A DNA stretch of 64,000 nucleotides from Basidiobolus meristosporus CBS 931.73 (taxonomy: Eukaryota; Fungi; Basidiobolomycota): NCBI GenBank assembly GCA_002104905.1, contig MCFE01000176.1:62001-126000 (forward strand), given 5' to 3'. Each line of letters opens with the position of its first letter. Position 1 is the stretch's first letter. Below are positions 38,561 through 48,600 of this stretch, piece by piece. The position numbers were made by a program, and so were the translations under genes. A model generated the notes under the pieces. That model had not been told where the DNA came from. It saw only the letters and a list, made by a program, of their open reading frames with translations, and searched no databases.

Positions 38561-39076
38561 TCATGCATAGAATGTAATGCAGGGATAACCAATACTCTAT
38601 GTATAATATGACACAAAGCAATGTAGTTACCAACATCCAAGTATAACTACAGTCATGAAGGAAATAGACCAATTTATATACAGCAGTGAATGTGTATATT
38701 GCGAGTCTAAACACTACCATCATAGCAGATGTTGTTTTCATGATTTGGCTTCATTCTGACCACCCCCCAACATCTGGCAACGACATAGATTGGATGAGAT
38801 TTCCCATAGGATACCACAAGGATTTTGACTGGTGGTGAATTGACAGGAATGTCCCCTTTCCATTAAGCTCAGGTCAGGACTTTGCCCGGTCCTTGGTTGG
38901 GCATTTAGATCACCACCCACCAACACTTAGCCCCTGTCACGACATTAAGGAAACAACACTATCGCGAGGATCGATCGGCCAGATACTGGCAAGCATTGGA
39001 CCTGACCCGAGTTACTGTCCAACCCTTTTATATGGCCCACAGGTGGCCAAGATGATTGATGATCATGCATCACCAG

Positions 39077-39508
39077 TTATCAGATGAACCTAAACGGCAT
39101 TTGGATTCGTGGTACGGCTAAGAAAATTTTTCACCCAAAATCCCCGAAACCTTCCAACACCGCGTCCATATACACACGAAACTATCAGATCTCTCCACGC
39201 CCCTCACACACACTCTCTCTCCCCCCCCATCCGTTTTGTACCACCGATGGGTGACTGATCCGTTGGGTGTGCGTGAGAATTCGGCCGGATCCGAAGTCCA
39301 CTTGGGAAGGGAGTCGCCACATCGAAGAAAAATGCCAAATGCGATAGGGTGGGCTGGTTGGGGGGAGGAGATAATCAGTCGGGTTACACCGACGAGCCAG
39401 TGTCCCGCGTTGGTCATGGTTTATCTGATTCTCGAGCGAAAATCCGACTTGGTCTAGTCCCTGGTCGACCGGAGGGTATAAATAGCCGGGGAGGTCCGAC
39501 TATCTGAT
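39077..39508. promoter_or_regulatory. Four ATCWGATAR boxes (SreA/Fep1-type iron-repressor sites) upstream of the GPI gene
   Basis: Minus-strand ATCTGATAA 39077-39085, ATCTGATAG 39182-39190, ATCAGATAA 39421-39429, ATCAGATAG 39500-39508; extra AGATAA 39369-39374. Confidence 0.75.
39477..39484 (+). promoter_or_regulatory. TATA box
   Basis: TATAAATA ~80 nt upstream of ATG 39564. Confidence 0.7.
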
Positions 39509-39563
39509 CCTCACACCACTGGTATCCTTCGCCATCCACACCGTCTACATCCCCAGCATCAAC

Positions 39564-40172
39564 ATGCGTTTCACTTCCGCTTTGTTCCTTGCCGTCGCCG
39601 CGGTCTCCGCACAAACTTCGGAGTTCAACGTTCCCAGCCCCAGTGAATGCATCAGCTCCTGCAACCAGCAAGGCTCCGCTGGCCTCATCGAGGGCTTCTC
39701 CGCCGACCCCAAGAGTCCCAACTTCGTGGCCTCTTTGGGTTTGTTGTGTGAGAAGGGGCCCAACTACGGCAAGTTCATGGCGGTTGCTGGTATGTGCATG
39801 ACCAAGTGCGCTAAGGAGGAGCAAGATGCTTTCATGACATACCACACCAGCGCCTGCGCTTGGTACCAAGCTAACAAGGATGCCGCCCCCACTTCCAGTG
39901 TCGATGCTTCCGTCACCCCCACCGGTGCTTCTTCATCCGCCTCCAGCGCTGCCCCATCTGTCTCCCCCTCCGCATCCGCTTCCTCTCAACCTGCAGGTAC
40001 CACTGGTGCCTCCAGCCCAACCCAAAAGCCAACCGGATCCTCCAGTGAGGCCTTGAATCCCTCCAGCGCTGCCACCCAAACCCCCAAGCCCACCTCCGGC
40101 GCCAACGAACTGAAGCAAGGAGCCATGGCCCTTCTCGGTGGAGCGGCCGTCGCCCTGTTCGCTTTCTTCTAA
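39564..40172 (+). CDS. Secreted, probably GPI-anchored Cys-rich (CFEM-like) surface protein with Ser/Thr/Pro stalk, 202 aa
   Basis: Signal peptide MRFTSALFLAVAAVSA; six-Cys domain; S/T/P/A-rich stalk; hydrophobic C-terminus AMALLGGAAVALFAFF; AATAAA at 40251. Confidence 0.9.
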   Translation: MRFTSALFLAVAAVSAQTSEFNVPSPSECISSCNQQGSAGLIEGFSADPKSPNFVASLGLLCEKGPNYGKFMAVAGMCMTKCAKEEQDAFMTYHTSACAWYQANKDAAPTSSVDASVTPTGASSSASSAAPSVSPSASASSQPAGTTGASSPTQKPTGSSSEALNPSSAATQTPKPTSGANELKQGAMALLGGAAVALFAFF

Positions 40173-40545
40173 ACCCTCACCCCATCCCTCACCTTACATC
40201 CCATTAATACAAGCGTACCCATGCATTAATCCTGATCCCACTCAATCATGAATAAAGTATTTGCCCTCGATGCACGAACCAAATTTCCGTCCGTCTTCGA
40301 ACGAACTCTATTTCCAAGCCCTCCACCTGGCCAATCCGGTGGGGCGGATCTCGTGGCCAATGACAACCCGAGCGCCTACACATGTTTGGATCGCCCTGTG
40401 CTAGGAGGTGGTGGTGAAATGGGATGCGGTTGGTGTGATTGGGTTCGGGGGAGGGGGACGACCGGGGGAGGATTCGAAGCACAACATGGGTTAATTTAAT
40501 GGCGGCGAGTTTATTGAATCTCCTTGGGACATGGGGGGGAGACAT

Positions 40546-41181
40546 CTATTCGAACCGGGATCTCAACCCGAATCGGATCTGGTCGCGTACGTGGTTCAGG
40601 AAGGATCCCTGAGCGACGGAGGGGTCGGTGCGGTGGTAGACCTCCGGGCTGATGGGGCCGATGTAGTGGAACCCGCCGAACCCACCGATCCAGTAGATAC
40701 GATCCACGTGGAGTCGGTAGAACCGGAAGTCGTGTCCGCGCGGCCACCTTCTGGCCTCGGGGTGTTTGTTGTAGAAGCATTCGCGGAGTTCTTGGGATCT
40801 ACGGTTGAGCTCCTCCGCAGGGATGGGTCGTATCTCACCCATCAAGGTGAAGCGCGCGTGGGGCATGGGGGACTGGCTGGTGGAGTTCAGCTGGGTTTGA
40901 ATGGCCAGCGCAGCCCGTGGACTCTGGTGGAAGTTCCTCACGGTGACTTGCATTGAGGAGAGGTACAACACGGGATCCCCGTTGCTGGGGCAATCGTCCG
41001 CGAAGTAGTCCACTGATCCGAAGGGCTGTCCGTCTGGGTAGGTGGTGATCAGGGTGCCCATCCCGTAAGAATGTACCATCTGGCGAGCCAGCACCGCCGC
41101 CTCCTCCTCGGTTTTCTCTCCGGCGGCCAGGCTGCTGATTAGGGCAAGAAAGTAGATTCCAAGTGACAGGAGACGCATCAT
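40546..41181 (-). CDS. CREG-family split-barrel (pyridoxamine 5'-phosphate oxidase-like) secreted protein, 211 aa
   Basis: Signal peptide; ARQMV..GTLITT..PFGSVDYFAD..ARFTLMG..HPEARRW..IYWIGGFGG typical of CREG. Confidence 0.88.
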   Translation of the reverse strand: MMRLLSLGIYFLALISSLAAGEKTEEEAAVLARQMVHSYGMGTLITTYPDGQPFGSVDYFADDCPSNGDPVLYLSSMQVTVRNFHQSPRAALAIQTQLNSTSQSPMPHARFTLMGEIRPIPAEELNRRSQELRECFYNKHPEARRWPRGHDFRFYRLHVDRIYWIGGFGGFHYIGPISPEVYHRTDPSVAQGSFLNHVRDQIRFGLRSRFE

Positions 41182-41248
41182 CTTGGCCTTCCCTCCTACT
41201 TCGTCCCCTCCTTTATACTTGGCTGGATGGTAGGTAACGTGATCGCTG

Positions 41249-41328
41249 ATCAGATAATTCCCATGATTTCTTCCCTCACAAAACAGCCATTGGTTTCATC
41301 TGATAAGCTCGCCTAATTATCAGATGAA
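41249..41328. promoter_or_regulatory. Three ATCWGATAA boxes upstream of the CREG-like gene, two forming a 12-bp inverted repeat
   Basis: ATCAGATAA 41249-41257; TTCATCTGATAA 41295-41306, N10, TTATCAGATGAA 41317-41328. Confidence 0.8.
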
Positions 41329-41652
41329 CCCCATCATTAAATATCAAAAAGGAACCTGGCGTATGAGCAGGTGGAACATTGTGCTATACGGATCCCACCC
41401 TCAATCAGTCGATTTCATTTCCGACTTAACCAACAACCAGAAAGTTGACTAAGATCCAGGATACAGGCTGGGGAGTGGAAGATGAAGATCCATCTACGGC
41501 CGAAAAATAAATCATGGGATTCCCCCGATCCCGATCCACGCTGATCCGGGGGGGGAAGCGGATTCCCTTAGAAAAAGAAAAAAACCTCTCGGGCGGGGCG
41601 GGTTTTCGGTGGGTATATTCCAGCAAGAGCACCTCTACCTCACCGTGAAAAC

Positions 41653-42154
41653 ATGAGCCGCAAGAAGGTGACCCAAGATTTCTTCTCCTCCTGCCCGGAG
41701 CCGACGGAAAACCAGATATTCGCCAGGGTGGTGGGCCCGAGAGGGAAGAATTTACACGAGGTGGAGCTGACCGATGGTCAGGTGGTGTTGGTGTCCCTCC
41801 CCTCCAGGTATCGAAACCTGGTCTACGTCAAGAGGGGACACTATGTCATCGTGGAGCCCATCAAGAACAACGACACGAAGATCTTCGCCGATATCGTATA
41901 CGTGCTGTTCCCCAACCACGTCAAAGATTTGCAGACCAAGGGGCTGTTCCCCGCGGAGTTTTCTTGGTAGGTTCCAAGTGGTTGTGCATACTCTGACCAC
42001 CCCACCGTACTAATCCCCCTCCCTTGATTCCCCTTGCAGCGAGAAAGAGGACTCCTCCTCGGACGACGACGACCTACTATTCCACAACCCCAACCACACG
42101 GTAGCGACCGACTCTAGCGACGACTCGGAAGGGGAGTCGGACGAGGAAGACTGA
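41653..42154 (+). CDS. EIF1AD: eIF1A-domain (S1/OB) RNA-binding protein; intron 41967-42039
   Basis: ARVVGPRGKNLHEV..VSLPSRYRNLVYVKRGHYV; spliced acidic tail SDDDDLLFHNPNH..EED. Confidence 0.9.
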
Positions 42155-42399
42155 GGCCCAGGAAAACCGGCTTTTCTCTTACCCAACCGATATACAATTT
42201 AATCCCATACATAATGTTGAATATAGCCAAAGCCCGTTGAATAAATCCATTTTGTAGAGTACGCGCTTCGGTCATGGGGGTGGATTTATTTTCTGGTGAG
42301 GTTAGGGGTACTGATGGTTCCGTGGTATTTACAAAGCAATTTGTCGACCACCTGGGGAGTGGCATGGCTCTCTCGAGGCTGTGGTGGTGAGGAGAAGGA

Positions 42400-45217
42400 T
42401 TATACTGGCTTCAACTCGAACAGTAGCTCGTACGTGTTCAAGTTGGCGATGGAGACGTTCAGGATGGTTCCGACTGGTAGAGGGCCATCACATTCCAATC
42501 TACCTTGCACTCCAAAGTCCGTAAGAGTGGCACCAATATGCTCGTCATCGACGGCGGAGGTGACCACTGCTTGGTAGACTCGATCGGGATGCTCAGTCCT
42601 CATTCTCTGTAGGAACTCGAGTGACCAGAACCTGTTGGTGCGCTGTTCAAGCATCCGCATATCCTTCTCCATTCTTCGCAGCTTCATGGGCAACCTCTCG
42701 AGCGTTTCCTTTTCGAAAGGGAACTTGCGATTCAGGAAGTGTGCCTTGAGCTGCCAGTGGCTGATCAGGTCCACGTATCTTCTCAAGGGGGAGGTCACCT
42801 TGGTGTACCCGTTGGCGATACCCATGGACCAGTGCAGGCCTGGCTCAAGTGAGATGTTGGCTGAGGGCAAGTATTCTCTGATCTTGCTCTGCTCAACAAA
42901 AGAGAGCATCCCACTGTTGGGATCGACCTTGGCCAGAACCTGGTCGATCAGATCCATCGGTGCTTTGGTGGCATCTGGCGCGTCTTGGGAGCGATACAAG
43001 GTGGGGATGCTCCTCTCTTGCATATACAATGCCGCCACCTTCCCGGCCATAATCATAAACTCGGCAACCATCTGATGAGAGGCAGAGTACGAGCTGTTGT
43101 CCACGCTCAACTCGATTTGGGGGAGTTTCGGGAACACCCTTGGCTGGGCCGGTATCTCCGATGCCATGGGCAGTGGGAACGGGTTCACGAACAGGTTGGC
43201 TCGAGGGATGTTGGTGGAGAAAGCGCCTTTCTTGACCCGCTGTCGGAAGTGTCTCAACGAGTGCTCTTGCATCTCTTTTAGGATATCGTGGGCGGCCTCT
43301 GGAACGGTGTTTTCACGTGACTTGTGGACTAGAGGCTTGGAGCCGTTCGGGTGAATATAGTTTTTCTCTTCGCCTTGGCCTTCCCATTCGCCAACAGGTT
43401 TGAACACGGGCGCGATGACATGGTCCACATCCTCGTAGAGCATGGAGCGCACGTTGTGCACTAGTCCGGGTCGGATCATTGGGTCCTGAAGGCTTCCATC
43501 CTCAGCGATTCTGAAGCTGAAGGTGAGCGTGGGGTTCCCATGCTCGCTGGCACCTTTCTCCAGACTGAACACCTCCTTACCGATCACAGTAGGGAGAAGC
43601 GGGAACTGGCGCTCAGGCAGATACACACTCTGGACTCTGTCCTGGGCAATCTGGGAGAGTCGGTGGTTTGGTGGAATGATGCAAGTGGGATCAGCGACGT
43701 GTACATGGAACCATGTTTGGTCCCCACGTTTCTCCATGGAGATACCGTCATCGATTTCGAAGGCGGTGGGGTCGTCGATTGTATACACGGGCAAGTCCCC
43801 GAAATCGTGTCTAATGTGCTCACACAAGTCTCGGGTGTAGAAGGTGTCAGAGCTCATCTCGGGCTCTGCTCTGATGGCAGCGGAGGAGCCTTGCCAGTTC
43901 TTCTGCTTCTTCAGGATGGCCTGCTTCTCTCCTCCATGCAACAGGTCGGTAATGGGTATCTCGGAGATTTGCTCCGCATACAGCTTGCTCTCCATTTCCG
44001 TCTGGTCGGCCTCTTTGGAGGTACCAATCCCCCACAAGGGCACTGGTGTCTCAAAAAGGTTGGTATTCTCCCAGGGAGACCAAACGCCGATATCCTGGAG
44101 GAAACGAACGACGGTGTCCACTTCGATGTCGCCGTACACCTTCAAGGGCTTTAGGAGAGAAGGAACAACCACAGTGTAAGGGTTTGTGCACAGACGGTTG
44201 TATGAAGTGACATAGTTTCTCAAGAAACGAATGAACAAAAGATCGTCCGGGTTGAAGGTGACATCACGCAGAGCATTCCGGAGGCTCTTGGCATCCTTCG
44301 TTGTCGCCTTGATCTCGATCACCTTCTTGCACTTCTCAACGAAAGCAGCCACAGTTGGGTCCTGCTGGCGCACGCGATTGATGACGTTCTGGATCACCTT
44401 GACGTCCGACTCGGGGCGTAGAAAGATCTCCTCCGAGAAGCGTAGCACGGTCTTGTCGGCTACGAAACGGATCCCGTCTTTGACCAGAAACAGGTACACC
44501 GCGTAGATATCCAACGGAGTGGGCTTCCTCTGGTACAACTCGGTGGCGATTTCGCGGATCATCAAGCTCGATTCCTTCTGCAGGATTCTCTTGTTCTGAT
44601 AAAGCTTCTGCAACGGCATGAGCTTCTGCCACTGCACTCTGATGGCCTTTCTCTGGAAGGTTACGATGGCCCGGGTCAGGTCATCGGTTATCTCCTCTAT
44701 GGGGGTGTCCAGGGGTAGCGAGATACCCAACTCCTCGGCGGAGCAGGCGAAAAAGTCCTGTCGGGATATCCGGAAAGTCACGTCGTTGGTGCGAAACATT
44801 TTGCGGTACCCGTTAAATAGTATGGCCTCGTTAGCGCCCATACCGCTGGATAAACTGGTCACAACTCCTAGAAAACTCTTCTCGAATCTGCATGTGTGAT
44901 CAAGGCAAGAAAGTCAGTGAAACCGAGCCACTCGCGCCAACCAGATAGAAAGCTCACCTTCTCAGCTCGACCAAGTCTCCAACCTCGAGCTTGATATCAC
45001 CATACTCCTCAGGATGGGACAGCTCGTCGCTGGTAGCGGTAATGCTACTCTTGTCGAAATCCTCGGCGACGGTGGAGGCCTGTCGCGCGCCAAGCACCGA
45101 AGGTCTGGGTAGAGTGGGTACGGAAATTCTCCCAGAAGGAAGTGCGCTGCGCTTCAAGCTGGCGTTGAGAAAGCTGCGTGAAGCGATCCTTGGGGTTGTC
45201 CTCAGTAAACGGAGCAT
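42400..45217 (-). CDS. DSS1: Mitochondrial RNase II/RNB exoribonuclease (Dss1/Cyt-4-like); intron 44888-44957
   Basis: Arg-rich targeting peptide MLRLLRTTPRIASRS; YTIDDPTAFEIDDGIS; HVHVADP; VTSPLRRYVDL. Confidence 0.85.
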
Positions 45218-45611
45218 TCTAATGAACAAAAGAGTGCGTTCCCTCGTTCGTATGAGAAAGGCGATTCCGTTCAAATTAAATATTTACAAATCCACAAAAT
45301 CGAACAAAAATTTCACTGCTGACCATATATGGTCATACATGGGCCGGCGCCAAAAGACTAACCAAGTTGATGAGTGTGTCTATCGGCGGGAGGGTTAGGG
45401 TAAAACTGCCGGTGTCCAGCAAAAGGAGAATGTGAACAATCGGTATAACTGGAGTGCAAGTTGATAATTGGAGGAACCGTAGTGAAGTTGGTAAGTTAAT
45501 AAATGGTATATTTATTAAAAAGGAAAAAGCGAGCTAGTGTCCATATACAAGAGAATAAGCTAATGAGGGATGCATTACGATGAGCTAAAGATACAGATGA
45601 AATAGTGGGGA

Positions 45612-48600
45612 TTAATAGACTTCTAGGATGTACTTCTCCAACTCCTTGAGTTCGCTAATCTTGTTGTTGGCCTGAGCCTCGGTGATCCCTGCGTTCTCTA
45701 CGAAGCTGGACACCATGGCGTCCTTGACATCCCCAGCGGGCCATGTGGGTCCGCAGAGGTAGAAGTGGCCGTCCTCCTCGAGCATGTACTTGTGCAGAAG
45801 CTGGGAATCCTCCTGCATCTTGTGTTGGATGTAGATCTTCTGCTTCTGGTCACGGGAGAAGGCAAGTTGGAGGTGGGTGAGTAGGCCTTCGGCGTGGTAC
45901 GCCTCCAGCTCTTCCCCGTAGAGGTACTCGGAGCCACGGAAGCGGGATCCGAAGTAAAGAGCCATGGGGCCGACCTTTCTACCTTGGGCCTTGTAGTAGG
46001 CTCTCTCTTGGATGAAGGCACGGAAGGGAGCCATACCAGTACCAAGACCAGCCATGATCACTGGTTGCTCGTCTCTGGGGGGAAGCTTCATGACAGAGGG
46101 CTTGATCGACACGGTGAGCTTGTCGCCGACCTTGCTTTGCGAAAGGAAGCGTGTGCATTGACCGACTCTGGCAGCTCCCGAGGTGGTCGTCCAGTCGACC
46201 AGTACAACCAACAGGTGGACGCTGTTGGGATGAGCCTTCATGGATGAGGCGATGGAGTAGTGACGAGGCTTGATGGGTGGGACCATCTGCACCAGATCGT
46301 CGATCTCAGGATGGGCGGAGGTGAATTCCCTCAAGATATCTGCGTAGGTGACGGTGTCGCTCACTCTTTGTTTGAACTCGGCGGATCCCTCGGAAGAGAT
46401 CAAGAACTCCAACCTCTCCTTCTCCTTGGGATCCTTGGCAAAGGTGGCCAGGGTCTCGTAGAAGCGCTTCGAGGGGCGCCCGAAGATGTCGAGATGCTGG
46501 GTGAACAGCTGGAGCATGGTGCGGCTCTCGCTTTGCTCGGAGTCGATCTCCTTCTTCACCGATACGATGTCGTCGGGGTTTAGTCCGTAGAATTGCAAGA
46601 ACTCCAAGGTCTCGGCGGTATCGTTGTGTCCGTGGACACCGAGAGCATCGCCGATCTCGTATTTGAGGCCGGTGCCAGTGGTGTCCATCTCGAGGTGGAA
46701 CACGTTACGGTCATAGCTGAGGGGAGTCAATCTCCTGTTCTCGGTGATCGTAATGATGAAGGTCTTCTCCTCATGGTTGTCCTTACGGGTTTCGTACGCC
46801 TCCTGGAACATCAATTGCCATGCGGAGGTGTGCCAGTTCTTAACCTCGGTGAAGCCGGATTCTGACTCGACGGAGGCTTCGGTAGCCAGGCCGACGTTGA
46901 CCTTGTTGGGCAGATCAGCCTCTTCTTCTACCTCCACCTCAGCCCAAGTGGCTGGTAATTCTACGGAAGTCAGCTCTTGCTCAACCTTATCAACAATATC
47001 CCTGAAGAGACCCTCTACTCCTTGCTTGTTGAGGTACTGCTGAGACAAAGCCTCGGCGATCTGGGCGTGTCCCTGGAGTTGGAGGTAGGCGGCTTGGAGA
47101 ACAACCACTGTCAAATCCTTGTCCAGTCCCAACTCGCTGAGAACCTTCGAAGCATCGAGGACGTATAATTCCGGTCGGACCTTGAGCGCTTCTTTTTTAA
47201 AGGAGCCAGGAAGCTTGTTCTCCAGCTCCTCGCCTCTCAACGGGGTATTGATCACCACCTGGGTGGCACTCTTGGCGGCAGACAAGAAGTTGTATTTGTC
47301 AAGAATGGAGTCATCGTGGATACCGATGTAATCCGCCTGTTGAATGGGGTAAGAGAGGAATTGAGCGGCCTCTGCGGAGTGACGGAGTTCAGTGAAGGCG
47401 ACTCCTCCGTTTGAGTAAGAATCGTAGGTAGTGTGGACTTGAGAGTGCTCGAATACTCTGTTTAACGAGGAAGCAGCCTTGAGCGTACCGCTTGACAAAG
47501 TATCCCAGAAGATGGCTTGTTTGACACCGCCTTGGATGCTCAACTCGGAAGCATCGCTAAAAGCAGCATCGTTGAAATCGATGGCGTTCACCAGACTTGC
47601 TTGCTCGTAAATGGTTTGGACAGTGGCTGGGGTGAAGTTGGTTACACCACCGAACTTGCCACTGATCAATCTGGGCTTTTGGTCACGAAGCTCCTTGCTC
47701 TGTTGAAGGGTGGCTGAGAAATCTTGAAGCAAGGGAGTGGTGGCATTCGCGGTTTGCTCCAGAACAATGACGTTCTTTGCGCTCTTTGGCAACAAGGCTA
47801 GGATTTGCTCGACACACCAGGGGCGATAGAGGCGCACGGAGAGGAAACCGTACTTCTTCGACTCTTGGTTCAGGGTCTCGACTGTCTTTTCGATGATGGA
47901 GCTGGCGGATCCGACATGGACGATAACGTCGGTGGCATCCTCAGCACCGAAATACTCGACTGGTTGGTATTTGCGGCCAAAGAGTGTACCGAATTTGCTC
48001 ATCACCTCAGCGATTGCCTCAGCAACTGAGTTGAAGGAGGCATCATTGTTGACAAGCCCTTCGTAGAAAGACACCAATTCAGCAGGCTGGGCAATGTCAA
48101 TCTTGGTTTGCTCGCGTGCAATGCGAACACCATCAAAGAAGTGCAGCACTGGGGTTTGAGTGATAGCAGATGCAACATGAGCGATCACTGCGAAGTCGTA
48201 GGCCTCTTGAGCGCTACTGGAAGACAACAAGGCGAATCCGGTTTGACGAGCAGTCATAACGTCGAAATTGTCTCCATAGGCGTATAGATTCTCATCGAAG
48301 CCTTGGGTGGAGACGTGGAAGACCACTGGGACCTTGGAATCGGCCAAGGTATACATGTTAGGGATCATGTGGAGAATGGCGCGAGAGCCGGTCAGGATAG
48401 ATACGTTAGCGCCGTTCGAGGATGCCCCAAGGACGGCAGTACCGGCTCCAGACCTGGTGTCCATACGCAACGTCTTGACAGTCTTGCCAAACGCATTGTG
48501 TCTACCCTCCCTGCTCCATGCCTCGGCTTGCTCACCCAGATGTCCGGAAGGAACAACGGGGTATACGAAAGCGATATCACTCAAGGCGTAAGCAACGTAA

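Larger units (their letters stand above)
1..38750. other. CpG-depleted, gene-free nested transposon block (heterochromatin-like domain)
   Basis: CG dinucleotides are only scattered over ~38.7 kb, TG/CA-rich, all ORFs are broken TE fragments; CpG becomes abundant from ~38.95 kb (atcgcgaggatcgatcggcc). Confidence 0.9.

Noticed and set aside
1-38750. Classical Neurospora-type RIP
   Set aside because: Dominant signal is CpG loss, which methylation-driven deamination explains; CpA evidence rests on three sites
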